Assembly (NCBI RefSeq): GCF_004010195.1
Contig: NW_025214776.1
Location: 8,728 to 50,625, forward strand
Direction of reading: 5' to 3'
Length of the DNA stretch: 41,898 nucleotides
Source: Chiloscyllium plagiosum
Lineage: Eukaryota
This document shows, piece by piece, positions 1 to 13,119 of the stretch. Within the stretch, counting starts at the first letter, position 1; each line of letters begins with the position of its first letter. The notes under the pieces are model-generated. The model saw nothing but the letters and a program-made list of their open reading frames with translations. It was not told the DNA's origin and made no database searches. The translations under genes were made by a program, and so were the position numbers.

Positions 1-552
1 GTCCTGGAGCTTCTGTTTTGTGTAAGAACTTTTGTTTTGTAATACCTTGTGGAAAATCTCTCGTGTCTACCAGATCCCCTTTATCAAGTCCGTTTGTTAC
101 ATTCTCAGGCATCTCCAGAAATACTTTGCATGATTTTACAGGGCAAAATATCATTTCCCTCTCACAAAACCACCCTGACACTGCGTGAAGCTTTTCTAAA
201 TGTCCATGCTTGCCAGGTTTTCCAAACTATACTAGTCCTATCTGTTTTCATTAGGTCCATGTGCCTCTAAATGTTTCCCATTCATATGTTTGTCCAAATG
301 AGTTTTAAATTTTGTAGCTATCCTTGCATCTCCCACTCTTCCTCTGGAAGCTCATTCCATATCCAAACCGCCTTCTGTGTAAAAAAGCTGCCCCTTACTC
401 CCTTTTAAATCAACCCTCTTTCACCTTAAACATATTCCCTCTATGTTTGGATACCCCTACCCTTTGGAAAAGACCTTGGCTATTCACCCTATCCATACCG
501 CTCATGATTTTATAAGTTTCTATAATGTCACTCCTCAACATCTTACACTCCA
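1..552 (-). mobile_element. CR1 LINE fragments (RT and 3' end)
   Basis: Reverse complement of the CR1 3' region also seen on + at 12700-13100 and 21300-21690. Confidence 0.7.
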
Positions 553-554
553 TC

Positions 555-745
555 TGATGCTAACTTCTAGAACAAGTGTTTAAAGATAAGCACTGCAAAA
601 TTGAAACAATATTAACAATGAGAGGTAACCAACACTCAGCCCAAATGTCATACTGTGATTTATTTTTCTCCATATTACAATACTCAGGCAGCACGAAACG
701 CTTACTAGTGCCAATAAGAAGTCAAGCACCTGAATTCCTTTATCT
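555..745 (+). pseudogene. Ig CH-like domain remnant (IgNAR C2/C4-like type)
   Basis: LLEQVFKDK(T)AKL...RGNQHSAQ...QYSGSTKRLLVPIRS resembles EEIWxxKSATL...GNQY...EYxCS...LPxP; needs frameshifts. Confidence 0.4.
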
Positions 746-809
746 AAAGGGGGTGATGATGAAGACAGTGAAAACGTACCTGTGGCCAAATCTATATAAT
801 ACCACATCG

Positions 810-1300
810 TCAACATTCTCCCTCCTGGCCTCCGTATAACTTTATGTGGTTGTGTCTTTTTTATCTTGCATTCAATAGAGAGAACCCCTTTCCCTCATTC
901 ACACCTTAAATTCGACCCATTCCACAGAATATTTTCGTTCACCACTGCTAAAAGCCCGTTTTTCTTTTGCCACACCCTCTTTTCCCTGCCACCCATCCTC
1001 CCCATCTGGCAAGTGATTAAAAGACCATTTTGCAATTGTATTCAGTTTTGAAGAATTGTCACACTGGACTGGAAACGCTAACTCTGTTCCTTTTCTCTGC
1101 AGATATTGACAGACCTGCTGAGTTTATCCAGAAATGAATAGGTACAGAACAATTTTTCAATTAAATAAATAATTATGGATACTGGAAATAAAAATAAAAA
1201 ACCGTTATAGAAGGTTCACTGGACCTGAAAGTTTAACTCTGCATTCACTCCAGAAAATTCTGCAACATCTTTATCAATTTCTTCAGCAATTTCTGATTAT
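810..1300 (+). mobile_element. Penelope-derived non-autonomous repeat with two terminal motifs
   Basis: gaagaa...cactggac..gaaacg.taactctg...ctctgcagat...agacctgctgagttt motif at 1050-1130 and 1207-1295; recurs at 17145, 29683, 40915, 41047. Confidence 0.55.
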
Positions 1301-1319
1301 GAACAATTTCCAACGACAA

Positions 1320-1680
1320 TTGTCAAAGATGCCCAAACATCCTGTCCAACATGGATCGCTGTACACTGGGAACTGAACAGTAACGCATGGTGACAAGTTC
1401 CTTGACTCTGAAACTGCATAAGGCTGGCATCACTGATACTGCAGAGCTCTGAACTATGGTCAGGGAGAAAAACAGAAGGAAACACATTCACTTCAAATAC
1501 AGAAGATGACATTACTGAAAGGAAAAGATTCAGATTAGTATTAAAATGGATATTGTTTATGTAACAAATTGGAGGCGTGACGCCAAGGAAAGACTTCCAG
1601 CAGAATGAGAATATGAAAATGGAAGTATTTCCGCATCAGAAACCAGAGTTGGTAACTGAATACAGGGCTGATGGGCGAAT
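1320..1680 (+). mobile_element. Highly degenerate LINE fragment, possibly RTE clade
   Basis: LKLHKA(V/G)IT resembles the RTE RT C-terminal KLKVYKAVV motif; paralogous to 41160-41530. Confidence 0.3.
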
Positions 1681-1689
1681 GGGTCCCAT

Positions 1690-2470
1690 CCATCTACCAT
1701 TTCCATCAAGCCGATCCATGGGTCAGTGACGAGTGTGGGTGAACATGTTCAAGTCATAATCACGTGCACTACACCTATGACAATCCATTAAAGCTACCGC
1801 ACTTGACTGGTTATACTACGAACAGCAGGACGAACATCTGATACAGAGAGAGAGAGATGATCCCAAGACTAACAAATCAAATATAAGCTCTCTCGTCCTG
1901 TCAAATCCATACATAAAAGTCGATGGACCATTAAACAACTTACTGGAGAGGACTCCACAAATATCCCTATCCTAAATAATGGAACAGCCCTGTGCATCCA
2001 TGTAAAACATGCAGTATCTGCACCATCTTCAGCTAGAAGTGTTGTGTCGATTACCCACCTCACCCTCACTATGATACCCTCAGAATCGCAGATGCTCGTC
2101 TTCAACCAATTTAATTCACTGCACGTAACATGAAGCAACAGCTGGACACTGTAGATACGATGAAGGCATTTGGCCCTGACATCATTCCTACAATAGGACT
2201 GAGGACTTTTGTTACAACACAAGCCGAAGGAAGCTGTTTCATTCCGGCTCTATCTCTGACAACTCCCTGGCAATGTGGGTAATTAGCAACTGCTGTCCTC
2301 ACTCTCTCCTAATGTGGGTGATTACTCAACTATGTCCCTTCCCCTAAGAAGGGGATAATTACAATCGGACCAATTACCACGCCCTCAGTCTCATCACGAT
2401 AGTCAAATTGGTTGGGGTAATTTTTGATAGAGCTGTCACACAGCACAGAAATAATCGGTTCAGTGTAGTT
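1690..2470 (+). mobile_element. Degenerate CR1/L2-group LINE ORF2 fragment
   Basis: tggaccattaaacaacttactgga, aaggcatttggccctgac (KAxGPD) and caattaccacgccctcagtctc (NYxPxSL-like) RT N-terminal motifs. Confidence 0.65.
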
Positions 2471-2489
2471 TCCGATAGGCCCCCATGTG

Positions 2490-2940
2490 GAGATGTTGCT
2501 GTTGTGGAATTGTCATTGGATTGCTAATCCAGACCAGGATAATTCTCTGGCAACTGGTGCAAGTTAAAAACAATTAATAAAATATCGAGATCTAATACCT
2601 GGTGTCATTAATAGTGATCGTGTATTCGATGTCGATTATAGATGTTGATCTCCTTCCCCAGCGTACTTTCAGGAAGTGAATCCCCTGTGCTTTCAGGCCT
2701 GGCCTAAAAGTGACTCCAGACATGTGATACACTCTTCAATGGTCTCTGAAACGGGCAGGCACGGCACTCAATTGCATCAAACTACTCCGAGGTCTTAAAG
2801 GATAAACCCGGAGAGAACAGCCGGCACCAGCCTCGTTATCAGAAAAGGGAACGGGAAACACAATCCTGTCGACCCTGCAGAGACCTCCTTCCTAACAGCT
2901 GAGAGCTTGTGACAACATTTACAGAGCTTTCCCACACACT
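2490..2940 (+). mobile_element. Deu-domain SINE (SacSINE1-like) with LINE 5' continuation
   Basis: Deu core ...ggcctggcctaaaagtgactccagac...actcttcaatggtctctgaaa; reverse complement of 13500-13838. Confidence 0.6.
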
Positions 2941-2944
2941 GCAC

Positions 2945-3500
2945 AGAAGCATCGGGAAAGAAATATGCCATACAACTCATTGAGCTTTCCCTGTTCTAGT
3001 TAATGGCCGAATATCTGCTCAACGCAGTTTTCCCCATACAATATACATATCCCTTAATATGTTTAAACATTGTGAAACATAAAATGAGAACTGCTGTAGT
3101 CCATTCAGCCCATCAGTTTTGCGCCTCCATTCTTTGTACAGGCAGTTCACTGATAACGCGTGTTGATTAAATACATTTCGGCTGCAATGCAATTCATGAA
3201 CCATTTTCTATAAAGTGAACTGGCGTTCAATGTGACGCGATTCCTTGTCGGGCACCAGCTGAACAGAAAATCCTGCCTCAGAAACCCTCTCTCTACAAAA
3301 GGTACAATCAATGTGTTCAGCAAAAACGGGAATGCAATCGACTCTGCAGGCCTTGAAACTGAGCCTGAAACTGGGAATTGTAGTCTATATTTCGAAAGAA
3401 CTTTATTTCAAACTGTGCGGAGAATCTTGGAGAGAACTGGAATTCGGCATCGGCATCCCATGGTCAGTCAGCCCCCGCGCGCTTTCTGGTGAAGATTGTC
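2945..3500 (+). pseudogene. Two to three abutting Ig CH-like domain remnants
   Basis: FPHTIYIS; TFGCNAIHEP (3177); ORF 3232-3492 GTINVFSKNGNAIDSAGLETEPETGNCSLYFERTL; shifted frame KLCGESWRELEF; HPMVSQP. Confidence 0.62.
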
Positions 3501-3544
3501 GTGAAAGGTACGGTGCACCAGTGAGTGACTGTCGTGTGAAAGCA

Positions 3545-3765
3545 TTACATATACAGCACTGTTTCATTACAATATGTAATTTAAAGATTTATTTCGACTG
3601 TCCTACTGTGTGTTAGATCAAATTTAATTTTTGGTTTTTACTGATATTTTGGGGGGTTCGCCACTTACCCTCTTTTTTCCATAAACCCCATTATTAATAT
3701 TGCACGATTTTGTACAACACAGTGTTGCACAGGAACACTATTATTGCGTTATTGGAGAACAACCT
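3545..3765. mobile_element. Tc1/mariner-group (Tigger-like) DNA transposon end
   Basis: Terminal sequence ...ttattgcgttattggagaacaacct (reverse complement aggttgttctccaataacgc) resembles pogo/Tigger-type TIRs. Confidence 0.45.
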
Positions 3766-3767
3766 TG

Positions 3768-3925
3768 AATGATAGCTGATTTTCTATCTTCACACCATAC
3801 TCCTGCTCTCTCCCTAACCCTTTCCAGAAATCCTTATTTATATTCAGCCCCTTGTCTTCCACAGTCTGATCTGAGAGAGAGTACCCCTGATTCGCCAGTC
3901 TCTGAGTGCAGGCATTTATTCTCAT
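3768..3925 (+). pseudogene. End of one Ig CH-like domain and start of the next
   Basis: TPYSCSLPNPFQKS (3792) followed directly by PYLYSAP...ST(L)I. Confidence 0.5.
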
Positions 3926-3929
3926 CTCA

Positions 3930-6900
3930 ATGCAAAGTGGCCTGTCTGTACCTAATATTGTGGCCCTTTGGTTTAGACGTCCCAGCCAGGGGAATTACCA
4001 TCCCTGCTTCTAATCTGTCTCGCCCTGTCAGACTGTTATATATTTCACTGAGATTTCCACTCATTTTCCTAAGCCCCATTGAATACAGGTCCAGTTGCCC
4101 CAAACTGCTCCCACAACAAGTCTGTCATCCCAGAGATCAGGCTGGTCATCCTTTGCTGCTCTCCCTCAATGTCAGGTTTGTCGTCTGTTAGGAAAAGAGA
4201 CCAAAACTGCACACAATACTGCACAATGTTCTAGATGGGGTCTCACCAAGGCCCTGTACAGCTGCAGTAAGATAGATTTACTCCTGTACTCAAATTCCCC
4301 TGATATTAAGATGAATACAGCATTTATCTTCCTTCCTGCTTTCTGCTCCTGCAAAATTGCTTTCATGGCTGGTGTACAGGGAGGTCCACATTCTTTCCAA
4401 AGTTTCAGTTTCCCAAGTGCTGGGCCTATATACAATGGTCGGCGTGCCAATGCCATTCCCAGTATTGACTTCTGGCTTCACAACTCACTGCTCTACATGG
4501 ATTCGGAGTGCTACGCAGAAATAAACAAAAATGCAGCTTAAGTTCATTTATAGTGCAACATTTTGCAACCACTCCTTTTTCAAATGAGTGGCTGCCATTC
4601 TATTGTTCCCATCAAAGTACACAACATCTCATCTCCCCCATTACTCTCCATCTGCCACGTATTTGTCCATTCCCTCCACTTATCTCAATCACCTTGGAAC
4701 TTTTTTACATCCTCCTCATCCACTCACAAGCTGACATCGTTTAGTGCTGTCAGCAGACTTGGGAATATTGCATTCGCGTCCCTCACCCAAAGATGATGTG
4801 TATTGGGAATAGCTGGAGCCCAAGACACGATCCTTACAATATCCTCCAAGCCTTCCATTTAAAAATAAAACATTGTTTTATTGCTACTCACTGTTTCCTG
4901 CCAGCTCTCCCATTCTAAATCTATGATCATATATTAGCCCGAGTCCCATAGGATTCGAATTTGCACAACAGGCATGGGGCTTTATCAAAACTCTTTCTGA
5001 GATTCCACTCGCATGGCATTGATACCTCCTACATAATTTTACTAAAAGCCACTTTCTCAAATATGATTCCCATTTCATAAATCTCTGTTGACTTTGTCTA
5101 TGCACATACATTTCAGTCCAATACTTTCTCTAAACTGTTTAGTTGCTATTTTAATTATATTCCCTTTTTCTCACAAGACTAAAGTTCTCTAGTATTGCTA
5201 GGAAGTTTTGCTTTTTGTTTTGTTTTCTTCTGTGAATGCATAACTAAAGTATTTGCTCCATAGTTCTGCCATTTCCCGGTCCTCAATTATCTGGTATCAG
5301 ACTGTCAGAAATCTGCAACGTTTTTCTCTTAATTTTGCCATTGACATACTTCCAGAAAATGTTACAAGTTCTCTCTTATCAACTTTGTTCAGATATTCTT
5401 CAGAAACGCATAAATTCCTACCTTAAACTACTCAATTATTGACCTTCCACATCCATACAATCACAGAATCACAGACTCCGTACTACCAGACATACAGCAC
5501 GGTCTGTATTAGGCCCACTGTCCGACACAAGACCTTAGCCGTGAATCTTAAAGCATTTGAAGAGCACAGCCACGTCGTTTCTAATGGTTTGAGGTTACCA
5601 TGACAACTCCACTCTCAAGAAGTGCATTCCAGACCCCAACACCCTCTGGCTGAAAAACAATTCTCAAATCTTCACCAAACCGCAATTTTTTAATTTTAAT
5701 AGTGTTGCCCTTTGAGTAAAAGCAACAGCTGCTGCTTATCCATCCTGTCCATGTACCTCATAATCCTATCCTTCTGAATCACAGTCCTCTCAGCCTTCTC
5801 TCCTCCAAACTAAACAATCTGAGGTTATCCAGCCTCTCTCCATAGCTGATATGCTCCATCCCAGGGAACATTCTGGTGAATCTGCTCTGTACCCGCTCCA
5901 CTGCAATCACATCCTTCCTGTAATGTTGTTCCTAGACCTACATACAGTATTCCATCTTACCCTCACCAAAGTTCTGCATAGTTCTCATAATCTATGCCTC
6001 GATGAATAAAGGCTATGTTTACATTCCACTAGCCTTTCCCAGATTGTGTATTAACCTGTGCAGTCACACTCAGCGATGTGTGCAGAAGCACCCTCTGAGC
6101 TTTCTAGTGTGCTGCCATTCATTGAGTACTCCCCTGTCTGGTTCCTTCCTCCAAAGTGCATCACCTCATAGTTATCAGGGTTACTCTCCATCTGCCATTG
6201 ATCCACCCATCTGACCATTCCATCAGTATCTACCTGTAACATAGCGCCTTCCCCCTCACTGACAACCACCCGGCCAATCTTTGCATCAAATACACAATTA
6301 TTTATTACACACCCCACCCCTCGTCCATATTCACAACTGCATCATTTATGAATACCACAAATAATAAGGATGAAAATCTCTCAACATCAGTTACATCACG
6401 TGGTTGTGCACTTTGATGAAGAAGCAGCGTTTCGAAAGCTGGTGCTGCCGAATAAACCTGTTAGACTATAGTCTGGTGTTATGCTATTTTTAGATTTGTC
6501 CACCCCAGCCCAACAGTGGCACCTCCGAATCACAAATGATAAGGGACCCAGCACTGATGCCCGTGGTACAGCATTGGACACGAGCCTCCAATCACACAAA
6601 CAGCCTTCTACCACTCCCCTCTTTCTCCTACTACTAAAGTTGATTTAGATGTAACTTGGCAAGTCACTAATGAGTCCTACGTGTTCACTGGTTATTCTGT
6701 TCCGCTTGACACACTTGTAAGTTATCTGGCGATTCTCTGTAATCTTGCCCCGCCTTGCTCCTGTGTTAGTGAGTCCCCTCCACGCGCAGAATTTCCTCCT
6801 TATTGCAGTCTTAAATGGTCTGTCCCTTATCCTGCCATTATTTGCGTTGAATGTGGATCAGACAGCCTGATAAATTTCCTGTTAATTTCTTATAAAGTTC

Positions 6901-7642
6901 ACAGTGACCCACCGCTGATTCTTTGAAACTTTACAGAACATAGGCCGAGTTTCCGCATCACGCAATCTCGCCATCTGAGGGATTTATCTGGATAATGTCC
7001 ATTACACTTCCTCTGTGGTCAGTATATTCTTTCTCAGATTTGGTCACCAAACTGTTCTCAATACTCCAGGTACAGTCTCACCAACACTCTGTGAAACTGC
7101 TTCAACATGTCTTTACATCTATATTCTGACTCCCTTAAAGGAAGGCAAACCAAACTTTAAGTTTCCACTTACATATATTCCTCCAAATACCCTTCACATC
7201 ATTGCATTTTCGAACTCATGTGTGAGTTCTTATAGAAAGCCTTCTGATATTCTAAAATATGCCAGTTCTACTGGATCCCCATTAACTATGCTGTAAGAAT
7301 CAACTTCAAACAATTCCAAAGTTTGTCAAGTATGATTTCCCTTTCAGGAATGCATACTGAGTCTCTCAAATTTTGCTGTTAATGTCTCAATATCCAATAT
7401 CACATCCTATATAATAGATTCCAACAGTTTCCCGACAAATGTCAAATTATTTTTTTCTGCAGTTCTCCACACTATCTCTTTTTCCCTTTGTAGATGCTTG
7501 GATCCCTACCACGCATCTATAGTGCTCGGATCAGGTTTACTAATGTACATTTATCTACACCAGCTTCCAGACTCTGCAGAATGTACAGGAAAATAGAACG
7601 CAGTCATCGACAATGCAATCAATACTTCTGTTTGTGATTTAT
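3930..7642 (-). mobile_element. Nested CR1 LINE fragments
   Basis: Minus ORFs LLQLYRALVRPHLEHC (4172-4456), FDAKIGRVV...WVDQWQMESNP (6051-6317), VSNAVPRASVLGPLSFVI (6396-6614); 4400-4540 may be non-TE. Confidence 0.85.
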
Positions 7643-10148
7643 NNNNNNNNNNNNNNNNNNNNNNNNNNNNNNNNNNNNNNNNNNNNNNNNNNNNNNNNNN
7701 NNNNNNNNNNNNNNNNNNNNNNNNNNNNNNNNNNNNNNNNNNNNNNNNNNNNNNNNNNNNNNNNNNNNNNNNNNNNNNNNNNNNNNNNNNNNNNNNNNNN
7801 NNNNNNNNNNNNNNNNNNNNNNNNNNNNNNNNNNNNNNNNNNNNNNNNNNNNNNNNNNNNNNNNNNNNNNNNNNNNNNNNNNNNNNNNNNNNNNNNNNNN
7901 NNNNNNNNNNNNNNNNNNNNNNNNNNNNNNNNNNNNNNNNNNNNNNNNNNNNNNNNNNNNNNNNNNNNNNNNNNNNNNNNNNNNNNNNNNNNNNNNNNNN
8001 NNNNNNNNNNNNNNNNNNNNNNNNNNNNNNNNNNNNNNNNNNNNNNNNNNNNNNNNNNNNNNNNNNNNNNNNNNNNNNNNNNNNNNNNNNNNNNNNNNNN
8101 NNNNNNNNNNNNNNNNNNNNNNNNNNNNNNNNNNNNNNNNNNNNNNNNNNNNNNNNNNNNNNNNNNNNNNNNNNNNNNNNNNNNNNNNNNNNNNNNNNNN
8201 NNNNNNNNNNNNNNNNNNNNNNNNNNNNNNNNNNNNNNNNNNNNNNNNNNNNNNNNNNNNNNNNNNNNNNNNNNNNNNNNNNNNNNNNNNNNNNNNNNNN
8301 NNNNNNNNNNNNNNNNNNNNNNNNNNNNNNNNNNNNNNNNNNNNNNNNNNNNNNNNNNNNNNNNNNNNNNNNNNNNNNNNNNNNNNNNNNNNNNNNNNNN
8401 NNNNNNNNNNNNNNNNNNNNNNNNNNNNNNNNNNNNNNNNNNNNNNNNNNNNNNNNNNNNNNNNNNNNNNNNNNNNNNNNNNNNNNNNNNNNNNNNNNNN
8501 NNNNNNNNNNNNNNNNNNNNNNNNNNNNNNNNNNNNNNNNNCAGTCACATTCAGCGATGTGTGGAGAAGCACCCTCTGAGCTTTCTAGTGTGCTGCCATT
8601 CATTGAGTACTCACCTGTCTGGGTTCCTTCCTCAAAGTGCATCACCTCATAGTTATCAGGGTTACTCTCCATCTGCCATTGATCCACCCATCTGACCATT
8701 CCATCAGTATCTTCCTGTAACATAACGCCTTCCCCCTCACTGACAACCACCCGGCCAATCTTTGCATCAAATACAAAATTATTTATTCCACACCCCACCC
8801 CTCGTCCATATTCACAGCTGCATCATTTATGAATACCACAAATAATAAGGTTAAAAATCTCTCAACATCAGTTAAATCACGTGGTTGTGCACTTTGATGA
8901 AGAAGCAGCGTTTCGAAAGTTGGTGCTGCCGACTAAACCTGTTAGACTAAAATCTGGTGTTATGTTATTTTTAGATTTGTCCACCCCAGCCCAAACTAGC
9001 ACCTCCGAATCACAAATAATAAGGGACCCAGCACTGATGCCCGTGGTACACCATTGGACACTAGCCTCCAGTCACACAAACAGCCTTCTACCACTCCCCT
9101 CTTTCTCCTACTACTAAAGTTGATTTAGATGCAACTTGGCAAGTCGCTAATGAATCATACGTGTTCACTGGTTATTCTGTTCCGCTTGACACACTTGTAG
9201 GTTATCTGGCGATTCTCTGTAATCTTGCCCCGCCTTGCTCCTGTGTTAGTGAGTCCCCTCCACGCGCAGAATTTCCTCCTTATTGCAGTCTTAAATGGTC
9301 TGTCCCTTATCCTGCCATTATTTGCGTTGAATGTGGATTAGACAGCCTGATAAATTTCCTGTTAATTTCCAACTTGTCGTATGTTTTGTGAGTTTTATAA
9401 AGTTCACAGTGACCCACCGCTGATTCTTTGAAACTTTACAGAACATAGGCCGAGTTTCCTCATCACGCAATCTCGCCATCTGAGGGATTTATCTGGATAA
9501 TGACCATTACACTTCCTCTGTGGTCAGTATATTCTTTCTCAGATTTGGTCACCAAAACTGTTCTCAATACTCCAGCCACAGTCTCATCAATACTCTGTGA
9601 AACTGCTTCAACATGCCTTTACATCTATATTCTGAGTCCCTTAAAGGAAGGCAAACCAAACTTTAAGTTTCCACTTACATATATTCCTCCAAATACCCTT
9701 CACATCATTGCATTTTCGAACTCACTGTGTGAGCTCTTATAGAAAGCCTTCTGATAATCTAAAATATGCCAATTCTACTGGATCCCCATTAACTATGCTG
9801 TAAGAATCAACTTCAAACAATTCCAAAGTTTGTCAAGTATGATTTCCCTTTCAGGAATGCATACTGAGTCTCTCAAAGTTTGCTGTTAATGTTTAAATAT
9901 CCAATATCACATCCTATATAATAGATTCCAACAGTTTCCCGACAAATGTCAAATTATTTTTTCAGCAGTTCTCCACACTATCTCTTTTTCCCTTTGTAGA
10001 TGCTTGGATCCCTACTACGCGTCTATAGTGCTTGGATCACGTTTACTAATGTACATTTATCTACACCAGCTTCCAGACTCTGCAGAATGTACAGGAAAAT
10101 AGAACTCAGTCATCGACAATGCAATCAATACTTCTGTTTGTGATTTAT
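6061..10148. repeat. Near-identical direct duplication 6061-7642 / 8542-10148 flanking an N gap
   Basis: Sequences align end to end with scattered substitutions; copy 2 has a ~25-bp extra segment near 9370-9395. Confidence 0.93.
7643..8541. other. Assembly gap
   Basis: N run. Confidence 1.
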
Positions 10149-10600
10149 TTCTGAAGAGTTTGGGACGAAGTACATCTGGTTTGTCAAGCTTAGCAATGCT
10201 CAATCCAGTTGCATGTTCAATATTGCCTTGTTACTGATATGAATTGACTTTATGTCTTTACTTCCACAAGTCCGATACGATCACTTCGTATTTCTGGATG
10301 ATTTTCTGGATCTTACTCCATTAAGACCAACGTAAAGTAACTGGTCATTTGCTTTGCCATTTCCCTGTTATCCACCATAAGCTCGTTTCTCCCGATTGCA
10401 AATTTCCACATTTGACTATGTTTTTTTTTCTTTTGAAATATAGATCATATATTTTTGCAGTCTTTGTGTTGCTGTTTGCTTGCATGAATGTTCGCTTTTT
10501 GATTTCCCGATCAGTTTCATGGAATTCCCTTTTCTGGATTGCATTTTTTTTTTAGAATTCTTAGGATTCCACAATGTCTGGAATTCTTCTGAAGTCACGT
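8542..10600 (-). mobile_element. CR1 LINE fragments (second copy plus continuation)
   Basis: Same CR1 RT motifs as 6061-7642, continuing to about 10600. Confidence 0.8.
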
Positions 10601-10719
10601 CCTGTGATTAATATATTCTTTAATTTGTTATGTTAATCATCATTAGGTCACTTACCCACTCTTTGGTGTTTTCACCTGAAATAAGAAGACTTAACTTTCT
10701 GACTATGCAGTAATTCTAT

Positions 10720-13110
10720 AAATGTCCTGGTCCTGACCAGATATATTCAGGAACACTGCAGGAGGACAGAGAAGTAATACTGGGGGCCCTGGTTGGTACT
10801 TTTGTATCATCAGTAGCCAAAGGCTGAGGTCCCGGAGGACTGGAGGGTAGTGAATGCTGTGCCCTTATTCAAGAAGAGCTACAACTAAAAACCAGGGACC
10901 TATAGACCAGTAAACCTGACATCTCTAGTAGACAAGTTTCTTGAGAAGATTCTGAGAGAGACGATGTACATGCATTTGGAAAGGCTGGGTGTTATTATGA
11001 GCAGTCAGCACGTCCTTGTGCATGGTGGATCATGGCTCAAAAATTGTGAGAATGCTATGGTGAAATGACCAGTAACTTTGACAAGGGCATGGTGGTATAC
11101 GTAGAGTATATGGAATTCAGTAAGGCCTTCGGTAAGGTTCCACATGGTAGGCTGCACTGGAATCTTAGATCATATTGAATTGAGGGAGAGCTGGCAAATT
11201 AGATCCAAAATTTGCTTGATGGTAGGAAACATCGAGTTATAGTGGAATGATGCTTGTCGGATTGAAGGCCTGTGATGAGTGGAATGCCTCAGGGATCGGT
11301 TCTGGGACGATTACTGTTTGTTTTATACATGTATATTGCATATATATTTAAATATTACACACACCTATGATTTAGATGAGAATGTATAGGCATGAATTAT
11401 AAGTTTCAAGGTGGCACTAAAATAGGCGGTATCGTGGACAGTGAGGAAGATTATCAGAAATTTCAGAAATTACAGCAGTGGCTTAATCAGGTGAGGAAGT
11501 TTACCGAGAAATAGCAAGTGGAGTTTAATACAGATAGGTGTCAGTTCTTGCATTTTAGAAAGTCAAATCAAGGTAGGAGTTTCCTGGTGAATGGCAGGGT
11601 CTTAAGGAGTGCATTGAGACAAAGTGACCTTGGAATTCTGGTTCAAGGTTCTCTGAANNNNNNNNNNNNNNNNNNNNNNNNNNNNNNNNNNNNNNNNNNN
11701 NNNNNNNNNNNNNNNNNNNNNNNNNNNNNNNNNNNNNNNNNNNNNNNNNNNNNNNNNNNNNNNNNNNNNNNNNNNNNNNNNNNNNNNNNNNNNNNNNNNN
11801 NNNNNNNNNNNNNNNNNNNNNNNNNNNNNNNNNNNNNNNNNNNNNNNNNNNNNNNNNNNNNNNNNNNNNNNNNNNNNNNNNNNNNNNNNNNNNNNNNNNN
11901 NNNNNNNNNNNNNNNNNNNNNNNNNNNNNNNNNNNNNNNNNNNNNNNNNNNNNNNNNNNNNNNNNNNNNATGGAATTGAGGGGGAGCGGGCAAATCAGAT
12001 CCAAAATTTGCTTGATGGTAGGAAGCATAGTAATAGTGGAAGTATTCTTGTCGGAATGAAGGCCTGTGATGAGTGGAATGCCTCTGGGGTCTGTTCTGGG
12101 ACTTTTACTGTTTGTTTTATGCATGTATATCGTATATATAAAAATTTACATATTACACACATCTATCATCAAATGAGAATGTACAGGCATGAATTATAAG
12201 TTTCAAGGTGACACTATAATGGGTTTTATCGTGGACAGTGAGGAGGATTGTCAGAAATTTCAGAAATTACAGTCGTACCTTGATCAGGTGAGGAAGTGGG
12301 CCGAGAAATGGCAAATGGAGTTTAATAGAAATAAGTGTAAGTTCTTCCATTTTAGAAAGTCAAATCAAGGTAGGAGTTTCATGGTGAATGGTGGGGTCTT
12401 AAGGAGTGTATTGAGACAAAGTGACCTTGGAATTCTGGTTCAAGGTTCTCTGAAAGTGGAGTCGCAGGGAGATAGGGCAGTGAAAAAGGCATTTGGCACG
12501 CTGGCCTTCATCAGTCAGAGTAATGAGTATCGAAATTAGGGAGTTATGTTGCAGTTATACAGGATGCTGGTGAGGCAATACTGGTAGTGTTATGTTCAGT
12601 GTTGTTCACTTTGCGATAGGAAGGATGTTATTAAACTGGAAATAGTGCAGAACAAATATAGAAGGATGTTGCCCGGACTCAATGGTCTGAGATACAGTGA
12701 GGGGTTGGGCAACATAGGAGATTTTACTTTAGAGTGTATGAGACTAAGGGGGATCTGATAGCAGTGTATAAGATCATGGGAAGCATGGAGTGAATGCACT
12801 CTCTTTTTTTCCACAGGATTGAGCAACCCACCGACGAGAGGGCATCAATTTAAGATCCGAGGGGAAAGAGTTATAGGGGACCTGAGGGGCAACTTATTTT
12901 ACACACAGAGTAGTATGCACATGGAATGAGATGCCAGCAGAAGTGGTTAGATTCACAAAATTTAAAATGCATTTGGACAAATACACGGATAGGAAAGATA
13001 AAGATGGACATGGGGCAAGGGCAGGGAAATGGGGTTAATGTGAATGGACATTATGTTTGGAATGGACCAGTTTGGGCTGAAGGGCCTTTCTCCGTGCTGT
13101 CGGACTCTTT
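10720..13110 (+). mobile_element. CR1 LINE, RT domain to 3' end, degenerate
   Basis: PGPD, PEDWRV.NAVPLFKK, YRPVNLTS, FSKAFGKVPH, GMPQGSVLG, WAEKWQMEFN motifs; 11170-11657 repeated at 11970-12457 across the gap. Confidence 0.92.
11658..11969. other. Assembly gap
   Basis: N run. Confidence 1.
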
Positions 13111-13119
13111 GACTCTCAC

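Noticed and set aside
745..875. Ig transmembrane-like reading (GDDEDSEN/LW...TTSSTFSLL)
   Set aside because: Needs frameshifts, has an alternative CH-start reading (IVNILPP...ITLC), and from ~810 aligns to the Penelope-derived repeat at 40700, so it is ambiguous.
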